Below the pieces are notes generated by a model, which ran no database searches, was not told where the DNA came from, and worked only from the letters and a program-made list of their open reading frames with translations. A DNA stretch of 64,000 nucleotides from Octopus sinensis (lineage: Eukaryota), in the NCBI RefSeq assembly GCF_006345805.1, contig NC_043014.1, positions 5,270,001 to 5,334,000 on the forward strand. The letters are read 5' to 3'. Positions 13,382 through 28,036 of this stretch are shown here, one piece after another (the first letter of the stretch is position 1; the number at the start of each line of letters is the position of its first letter). Made by a program: the position numbers and the translations under genes.

Positions 13382-13407
13382 AGTATATATATGTGTGTGT
13401 GTGTGTA

Positions 13408-14010
13408 CTAGCAGACATACCCGGCATTGCAGGGGATTAAAATGGCAAAGTTGGTATATAGTATATTGCAGTCATTTTGAAACAGGTGATATGGGAAAGT
13501 GCAACATTGACAACAAAACATTTGTAGAGTAAATGCTGGGCTAATTCGACTAAGCAACATGCTATGCATCCGTTTGGACTGTTTCAGGCCCTAACCTGTC
13601 ATGCAAAATTGGAACTGGGGTTTGTGTGATTTTTGAACGCACCGAAAAGCTGTTAGTGGATATAATCTCCATTGCAGAAGTGTGCGCTGTGTCTAACACG
13701 ACCCATCATCGGAAATTTTGACACTTCACGTCGGGATTGTTGTCCTACATCACTCATAGAGTAAATTTGGCGGAAGTGTGTTTGTTCATTCGCGGGTACC
13801 AGAGAACCAATGATGGGATAGACTTGCCCTTGAACTTTGACGTCGGCGTAAATTCATGTTTATCTATCTTCTTAGATTCACCAAACGACGTCAATGCAGA
13901 GTTGTATTGTCTGATATTGTTCAGAAAATCGTTTGACTGGATGGAAGCGCCTTCTAGAAGATTCCTAAGGCGTTGAGATGGTAGTGTTGGCAATGATACC
14001 TGTCCGAATA
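13408..14010 (-). mobile_element. Helitron remnant (unit 2)
   Basis: Same RepHel peptide (FLNNIRQYNSA) and CTAG end. Confidence 0.72.
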
Positions 14011-14100
14011 TGTAGTCATCTATTGCATTGTTTTAAGTTCTAAACGATAATGAATATCCTGAAGTTCTATTTATATGATGCTATTTCTATTTTTTCACAG

Positions 14101-14152
14101 AACCGTTTCATCTCCAAGAAATCTCTCGACGATAAACCTGATGACACACCAA
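14101..14152 (+). CDS. Gene 2 exon 2 (stalk)
   Basis: ttttttcacAG acceptor, GTAAGA donor; phase 0 to 1 links exon 1 to exon 3 in frame. Confidence 0.75.
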
Positions 14153-14389
14153 GTAAGAACTAATTTTATAGCTAAAGTCTTTTACCCGTGACTCATTAGC
14201 TAATGATTTATAATTTCACCAACTTTGAACTAGTTCCACATTACTATCCATATTTCCACAATAATATATACTAAGACATTTGCCTGAATTTATTTCAAAC
14301 TAAATTCTACTTTACAATAATTTCCTAAATAAAATGTTACTCTAATATACTATGCCATTTATTGTGTGTATATGAGTACATATGCAGTG

Positions 14390-16520
14390 CTACGTCGAGA
14401 GTTGTTTCAGCCCGCAAGGTTCCTCCGTGTGTGCTCTTCCCCGAGTGACCGAGGCGGCCGGTACGTTCACTATGAAAAAATTAGAGTGCTCAGATCGAGC
14501 CCCGCCGGCTTGCATGCGAAAAGCATGGAATGCCCTCTTCATCTAAGAATCAAATGCCCGAGCTGGCGCTTCACTGCGTTTATATCTACAATTCAGCATT
14601 CTGTCCACTCTTGAGCTTCCAATCATTCGTGAATAGAGACCCGAAATAATGATGTTTCACTTTCCTACCCAGTACGTATTTGTCCATCCTGCCTTGGGGT
14701 ACCTTGCAGCCAACTCATTCACTGCACGTTGTTGGTGACCATCAGACGAATCAGGTAGCAGCATGTCGTCTACAAATATCAGTCGACCGATCACGTAGAG
14801 ATGAATTGAGATACCTCTACAACAATGGCTGCGCATATTCAACCTGATCACAAAAAAAGAATGTGAGAAGGGGCAATAACAATGCAGACTTCAACTAAGT
14901 GAAAACTTTTCGTTGAAAACTTTCCACTTTTACATAAATACAATCATTTGAACATCCATATAAGTATTTTATGGCAACCAGTATTTGCCCAGTAAACTCA
15001 CCTTCCTGGTAAACCATCCACAACATGCCTCAGGGCACGTGATCATGTGCCTCTTCGTGGTTCATAGCGTATTCCCCTTGGAAATGCTTTAACGTTTGCT
15101 GGAAGATCTGTCTTTGAATGACTCTCTGGTCGGGTGTACTGTGTCCCGGACAGTAACCTTTGGCGCGACAACTTCCCTACATATCGTTTCCTGAAATCTA
15201 GTTTAGACTTTTCTATAATTAGAACACACTCTTTGGTCTCTGTTTGAAAAAATTGTGATTGTCACCCCATATTACCATTGCCTTGGTGTTTTTCCAGAGG
15301 TCTCATCGACCTAGCGTACATGGGTCACTCAGAGAATACCATCTGTATTTATGGCTTCTAAAATATCAAACCGAACGTGCTTTTCACAAGCAGTTTTATC
15401 ATATTTAAGTGAGTTTAGCTCAAATAAGCGTTCAAACGAAGAAGAACCTACCGAAAAATATAATACAATCACAAATCCATTTCGATGTCCAACTTAATTT
15501 AGGAGGGTCACTCTCAATTTGGATGCAAAAGTCTCCACATTTTTGTTTCTGATCCCAGCATCCACGGCTTACCAATTTCCAATGTTCGGCAGACTGTAGG
15601 AATTTTCAGGTTTTCAGACGCAAACGTTCAGCAAAGAGTGAAAGATGACCGAAATCTATCAAAAACCTCCGTCACCAACTATTTCTATACCAAGTACCCT
15701 TATAATTAACCCTGTCTTAAAATAATATCTATACCATAGAGAGGAGAGTGTGTATCCTGCACAGAAGGCTGCTACGACCTGTCCATTAAGTTCACTGATG
15801 ACATTCCTTCCAATCAACCCTTCTCACGGTTATCAGTGCCAAGGTGTGCACTGAAGTTTCCTGGCAGGACAAATGACTTTACCCCAAATATATCTAAAGC
15901 TGAGGTGAATTTGCTTCGGAAGGATATGTATTTGACCCAGCTGTTTGCTGCATATACTTTCAACAGCCACAGTGGTCCTTCATATTCAGCCATAGTTTCA
16001 AGAGGTGAACCCTCACACCTAGTAGATTTCATTCAATAATAGAATACGAAAGCTGGGGATTGAGAGTATCCTAATCCCACCTGTGCAGACATTATTGGCA
16101 CCACAGTTGCGTAGTGGAGTTTCAAGCCTATAGCCAGGTGTACGCTATCAGAGAAACGAAATTTTGTAGAGGAGACACCGATTATATCTTACAGGCAGAT
16201 TATATCTAACAATTTTGACGTTTTAATTCTCAATTATTAAAGGTTGTTCTCTTCTTGATCTGCTTCGGTTTCCTGAGACCGTCAATTTTGTGCTCCCACC
16301 CCACGCACCCCAGATTAATTTGCAGGCTTCTTGCTGGTTGCACCGGAATTGGGTGGGTTGTGCTATACATTTATCGAACGGACCCCTCACCTCGAGATCC
16401 GGATGCGATGTCTTTTAACTAAATCGACAAATGATGCGGTATGGTTGTTATTTTCATATTGTAGTTATGATGGCCTTATTTGCGCCGAGCTCCAAACTGA
16501 TATTTGTAATTGACCGATGA
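14390..16520 (-). mobile_element. RTE-type LINE remnant (unit 2)
   Basis: LIFVDDMLL; VYAANS..LPGNFSAHLG. Confidence 0.7.
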
Positions 16521-16912
16521 ATATTCGCACCTGGCGAATATTTTGTCATTATTGTATTGAGTTTTAACATTATTCTATTGAGAAGTATATATACTCATAC
16601 CCAAGTTTACGTATCATACATACATCCGTTCATAGCGGAGACCGATACACATTCTGATATTCTGAGATTAATCTCTCAAATCTTTGACATCAACGTCACC
16701 AACAGGCTCAACAGACAAATGTCTTTTTTCTTTCTTTACAATTTATTCTTATTATTTACATCTTTCGTTCTGACTTTCATTCATTCACTCGTTCTTTCTT
16801 AAATTCTATATTTCTCTCTCCTCCATCAATTCCTTCCCATCCAACATCCTACTTTGTAAATAATCCCCCAATTCTTTCTTTTAAACTACATTATTTCATT
16901 TTAATTTCGCAG

Positions 16913-16987
16913 AACCCGGCCTCGGATCATTGTATACCCGGTGGGGCAGAACAACATGTCCTCCTTATTCAAAACTTGTATATGACG
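16913..16987 (+). CDS. Gene 2 exon 3 (KPGLGSLYTRWGRTTCPPYSKLVYDG), start of the C4-like domain
   Basis: ttcgcAG acceptor, GTTAGT donor; YTRWGRTTCP is the characteristic N-terminal motif of the family; phase 1 to 1. Confidence 0.85.
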
Positions 16988-18169
16988 GTTAGTATACTTT
17001 CTATTTCTGACCCCTCATTCTCTTTTTGTCCTTCTCTTTTTCTCTTTTTATACCTCTCATTCTCTCTTTTTGTTGCCTCTCTTTCACTCTCACCCTCTCT
17101 CTCACGCACATGCACACACACTCACCCTTTCTCGGGTTGTCTGACATAAACGTTCTCAAATCCTCTTACGATATGTCACGTTTCAAACGTCTATACCTGT
17201 AGACTATACAGACACTACACAAGACTGCTTACTCATTTGTGGGTATTTGGTCAAATCATATTATATGTTGTCTACAACGGACCAAGTGAAAAGGATGCTA
17301 ACTGGTGATCAATTGTACAGGCTACGGATGGTGGTATTATACGTGAGTGACTAGAGCTGAATAGTGGCCACTTGTCTATCATTAACTAGAGTGCCCAATG
17401 ATCGTAGGTGTGGGATAAATTGAATAGAGTCTATTAGAATTGATGACAGTGACTGTAAATGGTAAATGGAATGAACGCACAATGTAGAATGAGGACTGGG
17501 CAAGCCACATACTGTAACTGATGGAAAAAGCTGAGGACTTTATTCATTAAGTAAAATAGAGAGAGACTAAATATTAGTGAGAGAACACAACAGAGTACAG
17601 AATGCACTTCTATTCTTCTCCGCCTCACCTAAATCGTCCTATCGCTAAAAACTTGCTCTTTTCATGCACCACATCACCTCATTAATTATCCAGTATATCT
17701 TTGTAAGGTAATTCCGAAACTTCCAATTAAAAACTGCTGCTACAAACTGCGTCCCCAATCAACCTTACGTTCCTTAAAAATGCTCTGAATCTGCTCTTTA
17801 TAAACCCTACACGTATATTTTATCGGTCGCCCACTCCATCACCAAAAATATCCCCGTTCACTCGTGAACACCTTTTCCGTTTCGGGTAAACACGAGTACA
17901 TGCGTTACAGAATTCCTTTCTTTTTCTCCTTCTATTAACATCCACGCAAATACACTTCCCCATGCAAACTTACATAATAATCCACGTCATATCCCCAAAT
18001 ACTTGCCCGTATACACACAACATATATATACATATACTTACATATATATTTTATATATATATATATAATATATATATATTGATTCAGATGAATATGGTAC
18101 TTAAGTTGAGGCTCCAGAATTTAGTACGACATTATCCTTACAATTTCAAATTAAGGTGATTAAAATTAA

Positions 18170-19096
18170 AATAAGCAACGATGATATCCAGAGATAATGC
18201 AGTACTTTCGTTTCATGCAACTCCATTTAATTGAACAATGCAATCATTACATCAGTTTAAAATTTAAAGCAATTTTCAGCTGCAAAAACGTCGGATTTAA
18301 TTAAATTACAACAGATGGACACATTTGTATAATTATACTTAAAATCTCCAAGATATTACAGAGAACATGTTGTCTCTACTTCAGCATAGCAGTTACTAAA
18401 ATTATCAAGAAAACTCAGCTTACCACTGATTTTTTGTCTTTATGGTGTCAGTTTTAATTTATAGACTAATTTACAAATCCTTTGTATATCTAAGCCTGAG
18501 AGAACATAGGGCAGTATCTGTTAGGGGGAGGGCTCAGGCAGTAGATAGACATTGTAGTTGGTATAATTATAAAATAATCAAGAATTATTATAAGCAATAC
18601 CATGAGGTTTAGTAAGGGAAAACATAAAACAAGATGTTAGCTGATAATTAAGGGGGTCGCACACTGGCAGACTATTGACAATGAAACGGAAGGTCTTATC
18701 ATATATTATAGTTAAATATTTTAAACAATGTTGCTATGAATACAGTTGAAGTTTAGGGTTTTCCAAAGGATTATTTAGAAGAATATTATAGCAAAAGGAT
18801 AGAAATTGTTGAATATTTTTTCTATTCATAAGTATTCATAAATTTCTTGATAATTTTATTAACTTCTATGCTGAAGTAGCGACAAAATGTTCTTTGTGTA
18901 TCTCCTTAACTTCTTGGAGATTTTAGGTATAATTATACAAACTTGTCAATCTGTTTTAATTTAATTAAATCCTATGTATTTGTGCAGCTGAAGATTGCTC
19001 TATATTTAAAATTGATGTAAGAATTTTATTGTTCAATTAAATGGAGTTGAATGAAACAATCGTACAGCATTATCTCTCGATATCCTTGTTACTTAC
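18170..19096. mobile_element. Foldback element with ~240-nt imperfect TIRs in intron 3 of gene 2
   Basis: ~18170-18413 is the reverse complement of ~18842-19096 (e.g. AACTCCATTTAATTGAACAAT / ATTGTTCAATTAAATGGAGTT). Confidence 0.65.
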
Positions 19097-19098
19097 TT

Positions 19099-19141
<43 letters not shown>

Positions 19142-19348
19142 GAGAATGCAAATGCACTGCTACGTTCTCAAGCATTCAGCAACACACAGCTTACAATAAC
19201 ATAAACACTAATATATACACCACAATTCTTTCACACGCGAGTAAACATGACTTCTTTTAAGTGAAAAATTGTAATGAATGTTTCCGTTATTTCATATATA
19301 ATTTTGCTTATTATCTTTTTTTACTTGATTTATTCTTACCAATTGTAG

Positions 19349-19845
19349 GTGTTGTTGGTGGACAATTTTATGACCACACAGGTGGCGGAAGTAATCTCTT
19401 GTGTTTACCTAACGATCCCATTTGGGCCAATTATACGACTGAAGTTGAAAAAGGTGGTTACATTTATGGCAGTGAATATGAATTAAGCCACTACTCAAAT
19501 AAACTCTTTTCTTTTGCTAACGCTAAATCACTTCATGATCACAACGTTCCGTGCGCTGTCTGTTTTACACGACAACCTGCTGTTGTTATGATGTTACCAG
19601 CCAGGACACAGTGTTACGCTGGTTGGACAGCTGAGTATTCGGGATATTTGATGGCCAATTATCACGGACAGAAGGGCAGACAAGAATATGTGTGTGTGGA
19701 CTATGCACCAGAAGCTGATCCAGCAGGTTACAGAAACGAAGATGGAGCTGTTTTATATTTCGTTCAGGCTGCTTGTGGTTCATTGCCATGTCCACCGTAT
19801 GTCAATGGTCAAGAATTAACCTGCGTTGTGTGCAGTAAATATTGA
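19349..19845 (+). CDS. Gene 2 exon 4: C4/NC1-like domain (gene about 255 aa)
   Basis: tgtAG acceptor; intact ORF to TGA; one codon shorter than paralogues in the ELSHYS-NK patch. Confidence 0.87.
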
Positions 19846-21340
19846 ATAGAAATTAAATTCGGTTCCATATGAAAATATGTCTGTGAATTACAATAAATAA
19901 TATAAAATTTCAATTGTTTTGCCTAATATTTTCTTTCAAGTATGTCTATCGTTACAATAAACTGTTGTACTAGTTTACAGAAGATATTCAAACAATACAA
20001 AAGAGGCGACGTAGAATGCCAGAAATATCCTCAAAAACAAGAAAAATCTAAATCTGTCGGAATGATTCTAGAAAACATTTTGTAAGATTTCAGTTTATCA
20101 AACTTATTGTTGAAATAAAATGTTATTTTGTTTAACAGTATTTTGTCTTCTGTCTCATGATTCAACAAACCCCAAATAAAGTACCACCATAGAATTATAT
20201 CAGCTTTTCATGCACAGCCTTAGAAAATCTAATACTCGACGCTACTATCTCAGACATCTTGGTTTCCAAATTACAGCTCGGATTCTGACAAGGAGCCATG
20301 AACCGCTACATTACTTAGCGCAGAACTTAACTGATTCTTTCAACAACAACCAGATACTTCCACACAATCCATTCTATTTGCCGTTATTAATCAGGAAAGC
20401 TTTCCGTTCCATTCCAACCCCATATCTTATAAAACCTATTTATCGTCTACTTTAGAAATATCAAAAAATGTTCAATTTAAGCTTTCTGAGAATGTGGAAT
20501 TTACACGATCAATCCCTCAAAAGACAGGATAAATGAATATTGGTCCTGCCAACCTAAATCTATATCGCAAAATTCCCACCTCTCTTCAAAATAAGATACA
20601 AAATGAAACTCTATGCCCACAACATACACATCATATACTAAACGCTGATATACAAGAATAAGAAAGGAAATCAACCAGAAAAATTGCCTCATTTCGACAG
20701 CAGAGATCATCAAATACGACGATTTCTTTCACTCATCTACGTAAACATACCAGAACCGAAGAAAGGATGGATCCTAGAAGCTGAATACATTTCATGCGAA
20801 ACGAATACAACACCCATAAAAGCGAGAGTAAAGAGAGCAAATATAGTCAGGGCAAGCACGGATGCTGTGTGTAAGAAGGCTGAGATGTTGTGACCGTCAC
20901 GTTATATCCAATAGGATTCATGACAGTATGTTGGAGTGTGTCGAATATTTGTTAGATAAACAAAGGTTTCGGTTAACAGCATCAAGCTGCAATAAAGATT
21001 AAAGATTATTAATGTTTACTATCCCACTATTATTAGTCTGATGGGTAAATCTGCATTCGCTTCTCTAGATTACAAATATTTTCATGGTTGTAAATCGTAA
21101 ACAATTGCAGAGAATACGGACGCTGGTAGATCTTCAAATTCATCTTTTGATTCAGCGGCATAATTAGACAGTTAAAACGACCGCCATGTGTTTAAGCTGT
21201 ACAGAGCATGCGCAGCTGCATACGCAACCCGCCATTACAATAGGAAAAATTATGGGATTTGTTGAAATCTGACATGGCTGTAAGATTTATTTTGTAGCTT
21301 ATTTCAAATTAACCTTATTTCGAGGGCCAAACCGAGGGTG

Positions 21341-21437
<97 letters not shown>

Positions 21438-22986
21438 CATATTAAATTAGGTCAAACTATATCTGAGGGGTCTAATATGCTTCATCTAAGAATATTTAAT
21501 CATAACTATGGAATTCCGTCGTACATATGCAGTCCATACGGAAGGTGCACTTGCGAATTAAGTTTCAAATGGGATACACTGTACCTGTATGTTTTGCTAT
21601 GATTTATAAAACAAGAAGAAACATATTCAAAGCTAGTGATAATGACTAGCTAAAAATATGTATGAATGTCATTATTCGGTTTTAATAGAATATTTCTGGC
21701 CAACAGAAAGAGAGACAGCTTCTAACTTAGATCCAAGTATCTTTCATTGGTATTTCAACAACATGAACAGGATATTTTTGTATGTATGTGTGTATGTATG
21801 TATGTATGTATGTATGTATGTATGTATGTATGTATGAATGTATGTATGTAAGCAAGTTTGTCTGTATGTATGTAGGTATGTATGCATGAATCTATGTATG
21901 TATGCATGCATGTATGCAGGTATGTATGCATGTATGTATGTATGTATGTATGTATGTATGTATGTATGCATGTATATATGTATGTATGTATGCATGTATG
22001 TATGTCAGGTCACTTTCGTGTGCTACTGGTAACATGTAACCCAGTACAACCTGTTGCATTGTCGGGTTGTCGGCGACCAAATCGGCAACCACACTAAGCT
22101 TGATTGGTGAGGAGGGAGTTTATTGGACACCCTGCGAGATGAAAAACAAAACCCGTTAAAGAGCGGAGGAACTCTTGAGAGTCAACGGCCATCCAATATA
22201 TGTCTTAAGGCTGTATCATGCGCGGGGACATAGAAATAACCGGACTGAATACACGATCGCGCGGTTAAACGATTGGGAGTGAAGGACTCCTAGACTCTGT
22301 TAGGGCATCCTTCTAGGAGAAGTTAAGTCATGTAACTGGGATAACTCCGATATAAAACCTGCGGCTCAGTGGTTACCGATGATGTTGACTTGTTCTTCTT
22401 TTCGGATTATGGCTGCTGCTGCTTAGTGACTGGGATTGACAAAGTGCACAGCCTTTTCTCACTATAAAAAAATCTTCATGCACAGGCATTGCAAGATAAC
22501 AACATTGATTAAGCTTCGTGCAATGCCCATACTCGATAACGAGGGGGCAGCCACCAAGTATGTATGTATGTATGTATGGATGGATGTAAGTATGTATGCA
22601 TGTATGTATGGATGTAAGTACGTATGTATGTATATATGTATTCATGTATGTATGTATGTATGTGTGTATGTATGTATGTATGTTTGTATGTATGCTTGTA
22701 TGTATGCGTGCATGTATGTATGTATATATGTGTGTGTGTGTATGTATAAATGTATGTATATATGTGTGTATGTAAGTGTGTATGTATGTATATATGTATG
22801 TATGTATATATGTATGTATGAGTGGGTGGGAATTGGAAGGTTTTGATTTTGATATTCACATAAAACTTTTCCAATCAGATTAACGCTTGTTTTGAAGAAT
22901 CCAATCCGAACAGCGGACTTCATTAGATTAAGTCTTGCGTTTACTGTGTGGGTTGAACGAAATACTTCCCACACTGAATATTAAAA

Positions 22987-22990
<4 letters not shown>
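19846..22990 (+). repeat. Type B 3'/intergenic spacer (duplicated at ~40547-44398)
   Basis: Highly similar sequence after genes 2 and 3; only patchy similarity to type A. Confidence 0.85.
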
Positions 22991-23023
<33 letters not shown>

Positions 23024-23834
23024 AGTGTATGTGTGCGTGTGGGAGTGTGTGTGTGTGTCAATGTGTGTGTGTGTGTGTCAGTGTATATGTGTGTGTCAGT
23101 GTGTGTGCATGTATGTGTCAGCGTGTGTGTGTGTCTCAGTGTGTGTGTGTGTGTCAGTGTGTTTGTGTGTCAATGTGTATGTGTGTGCGTGAGTGTGTGT
23201 GTGTGTGTGTGTAAGAAAATGTATCTGTGTGTCTGTGTCAGTGTGTGTGTCAGTGTGTGTTGGTGTGTGTGGGTGTGGGTGTTGGTGTGTGTGTATGTCA
23301 GTGTGTGTTAGTGTGTGTGCGTGTGTATGTCTGTGTGTCAGTGTGTGTGGGTGTGTGTGTTGGTGTTTGTGTCAGTGTGTGTGTGTTTGTGTGTGTGTGT
23401 GTCTTTGTGTCTGTGTATTTGTTGATTGAACGAAAAACTTCCCACAGTGAATATTAAAACAGTTTCCCAAGAATAACAAATAAAATTAAATAAAAACATT
23501 AGTAAATAAATATATCATAATATATCCAGAAACAGGAATCATTTCACTTTACACGTGTCTCTCATTCATCAAAATATTTTGCTAATTATTGTGTGACAAT
23601 ATCAAACCATCTCTTTCCAATAATTAAACCTGTCAGACAAGTTCACACCCGCTTTTACAGTTCCACCAATCGCATTGATTCATAAATTTACGATAAGATC
23701 TCTGCCAGAGCTGGGTTGTTGTGCGCTCAATAAATACGTGGAATTCAGTTACAGGTCTTCAGCTTCAACCTCGCATCTCGATCTTTTGTTGAAGCCACAC
23801 GAAGTATCACGTACGACCGACAACTCTCACCAGA

Positions 23835-23978
23835 ATGGATTTCGCACAACTGTCCAGGAATATTTCGCAGCGTTATTCCATTTCTTCTCTCATAGCTTTT
23901 GGGGTTCTTCTCGTTCTGACGATCGTGATTCTTCATCAAGATTCAAGAATAGGAAAAATGGAAGAGAAATCGACAACG
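23835..23978 (+). CDS. Gene 3 exon 1 (signal anchor)
   Basis: MDFAQ...[15 protein letters not shown]...KSTT followed by GTAAGT. Confidence 0.8.
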
Positions 23979-24394
23979 GTAAGTCATGGATTTTGTGTTA
24001 ATATATTTATGTCTTTAGGTATTTATATATGCATGTATGTATGTATGCATTAACGTATGTATGTATTAATATGTGGATGTATGTACGTACGGATGTATGG
24101 ATGGATGGCCGGATGTATGCATGAATCACGGACATATGTTCCTATGAAGCACACACACACACATAAGACAACACACGTAATCACACACGAACACACAGGC
24201 GCACACACCTAAACATACATATATATACATATACGTATATTTGTATATAAACATACATATATATGAATATATTAGTGCCTGAACATATATAGATATATAT
24301 ATACAAACAAATATATGCGTGTGTGTATCTATCACTGTATCTCTCTGTCTATCTCTCTCTCTCTCTCTCCATTTATCTATATATATATATATGT

Positions 24395-24449
<55 letters not shown>

Positions 24450-24469
24450 CGTGTTTGTTTGTATATAAA

Positions 24470-24665
24470 TATATTCTTTTACCCGTTTCAGTCATTTGAC
24501 TGCAGCCATGCTAGAGCACTGCGTTTAGTAGGACAAATCGACTTCAGGAATTATTCTTTGTAAGCCTATTGCTCATTCTATCGATATCTCTAGCCGAACC
24601 GCTATGTAACGGGGATTTAAAAACAACGACATCAGTTGAGAATCGATAGTGGTGCGACAATAACA
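24470..24665 (-). mobile_element. Second SINE family, 3' part, antisense (also ~45955-46150 and ~57900-58092)
   Basis: Reverse strand ends ...GCATGGCYGCAGTCAAATGACTGAAACGGGTAAAAGAATA, resembling octopus SINE tails (recognised from memory); not seen in unit 2. Confidence 0.5.
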
Positions 24666-24841
24666 GACACATACATAAAACATAGATACATACACACTAT
24701 GTGTGCTATACACACACTATGTGTGCTATACATACACACACATACATCCATACATATATATACATATCATATATACATACACACATATATAGTTACGTAA
24801 ATATGTACATACATGTCTATCTATCAATCTATTTATCTACA

Positions 24842-24876
<35 letters not shown>

Positions 24877-25640
24877 ATATATGTGTGTATATGGATATAC
24901 ATATATATATATATATATATATACATACATATACACACATCCCAAGGAAACACAAAGAAGGGTGGAATTGTACTCCTGTCCGATCGCTCTTTCACCAGAC
25001 ATATTCCTGGAGAGGGAAATAAGTGCGTAATGAAAAAAATCTAATGGTGGGGTCCTAGCATGGCCATGCCCTGTGGCTGCAACGTTTAGCCCTATTAATA
25101 TTAGTGTTAAGTATTATATCTAGATGTACACTTACACACACGCACAGAAACAGACACATGGAAACATACACACACACGCACACATAGGAATACGTACATA
25201 TTTACACACATTTATCTATTTCTCTCCATCAGGAACGGAAGTGAGGCGAGTTTTTTTGAATCTTTTCTTTCCAACTGAAAATAAAACGTGCGAGTGCCAA
25301 TGTAGATCGGTGAATTTCGTAATGTTTGACTGTAATTCACGTTGGTTTTTATATATGACAATATGTAAGAACGAATGTAAATACATACACACAGACACAC
25401 GGGCAAACACACGCACAAATAAACACAAACACACACACATACGCACGCACACAGACACACGTGCTCAATTGTACATGAACAATTACACTATACAGTGTAT
25501 GTCCACTCACATATATGTGTGCGATTGTGTGTGTATGCGTATAAGTAGATACGTATATTTGTGATATTTATGGTGTGTATGCCTAAGTATACGTGCATAC
25601 GTATATATTGATATGTATTTATATATATATTTATATACAC

Positions 25641-25694
<54 letters not shown>

Positions 25695-25701
25695 GTCTGA
25701 G

Positions 25702-25965
25702 TGGAGGCGCAGTGGCACAGTGGTTAGTGCAACGGACTCACGTTTATAGGATTACGATTTCGATTCCCAGACTGGTCGTTGTGTGTGTTTAAAGCTCCAT
25801 GATCACTGCTGTACTCTTTAGCTATAACTTTCTCCCTTTCTTCTGTTGGCCTGCTCGCTTAGCCAACGGGGTGGCGTCATTTGAAGGCTAAAACAACGCG
25901 AAGCGCATTGTGACCAGCGATATGTAGCAACAACTGATAGTCTGGTCTTCGACGGTCATCACAGA
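25702..25965 (+). mobile_element. tRNA-derived SINE (unit 3 copy)
   Basis: A/B boxes and the same body. Confidence 0.7.
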
Positions 25966-26534
25966 GATATACGTATCATCCGCACACAATACACGCACAC
26001 ACCCACATACTTCAAACTAGCAATACCTACTACTTAACAGGTGGTAGAATCAAAAGTAGCCACGCCCAATTCCTTCTTCTTAACACTACTAGCCCTACAA
26101 CACGCAAAGATTAACAGCCACAACACACATACACACACGTGTCATCATTGCACGCATACACACAGACACAGACACACACACGCAGACCTCCGCGCACGCT
26201 CTTATCCACACTTACACACACATTCCTCCTCCTCTACCACTCTCCTGTCTTTGAAAGAACTTTTCTTCACCCATTTCCTTCCGGTCATTCAAAATGTGGC
26301 CGCGTGTGTACCGTTGGTGATTTTTTTTCCTCTGTCTTCCCTCCTCTGGATCTTTCTTTCTCGTATGTTTCCGACGAAGAACTCCACCCGAAACGTTAAA
26401 CCCTCCTTCTGTCCTTCTTTCCCGAGCGTCCAATAATACTCTATTTGTTCCACGTCCTTGCGTTGTTGTATTTTTGTGCTTTCTTGTTTGGATTAAATAT
26501 AACTATATATACATGTAAATATATATATATATAT

Positions 26535-27121
<587 letters not shown>

Positions 27122-27203
27122 TATATATTATATAGTCTTTGACTATCTTTCCTTTCTCACTAAACCGCTGGTAGCAGAGAATATTTTGCTACCCTTATAT
27201 TTA

Positions 27204-27282
<79 letters not shown>

Positions 27283-27285
27283 CTA

Positions 27286-27895
27286 CGAGTAGACATACCC
27301 GGCATTGCTGGGGATTAAAATGGCAAAGTTGGTATATGGTATATTCCAGTCATTTTGAAACAGGTGATATGGGAAAGTGCAACGTTGACAACAAAACATT
27401 TATAGAGGAAATGCTGGGCTAATTCGACTAAGCAACATGCTATGCGTCCGTTTGGAGTGTTTCAGGCCCTAACCTTTCATGCAAAATTGGAGGTGGGGTT
27501 TCTGTGATTTTTGAACGCACCGAAAAGCTGTCAGTGGATATACTCTCCTTTGCAGCAGTGTGCACTGTGTCTAACACGACCCATCATCGGAAATTTTGAC
27601 ACCTCACGTCGGGTTTGTTGTCCTACATCACTCATAGAGTACATTTGGAGGAACTGTGGTTGTTCATTCGCGGGTACCAGAGAACCAATGAGGGGATAGA
27701 CTTGCCCTTGAACTTTGACGTCGTCGTAAATTCATGTTTATCTATCTTCTTAGATTCACCAAACGATGTCATTTGAAATGCTGAGTTGTATTGTTTGGTA
27801 TTGTTCAAGAAGCCGTTTGACTGGATGGAAGCGCCTTCTAGAAGATTCCTAAGGGGTAGAGATGGTATTGCCGGCAATGATACCTGTCCGAATAT
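27286..27895 (-). mobile_element. Helitron remnant (unit 3)
   Basis: YNSAFQMTSFG; terminal CTAG mutated. Confidence 0.7.
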
Positions 27896-27984
27896 GTTGT
27901 CATCTATTGCATTGTTTTAAGTTCTAAACGATAATAAACACCCTGAAGTTCTATTTATATGATGCTATTTCTATTTTTTTACAG

Positions 27985-28036
27985 AACCGTTTCATCTCCA
28001 AGAAATCTCTCGACGATAAACCTGATGACACACCAA
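27985..28036 (+). CDS. Gene 3 exon 2a (stalk, standard type)
   Basis: ttttacAG acceptor, GTAAGA donor; NRFISKKSLDDKPDDTP. Confidence 0.65.

Noticed and set aside
20684-20893. ORF conserved in both type B spacers (also 41366-41575)
   Set aside because: TTG start and no splice context; probably decayed LINE sequence kept similar by duplication
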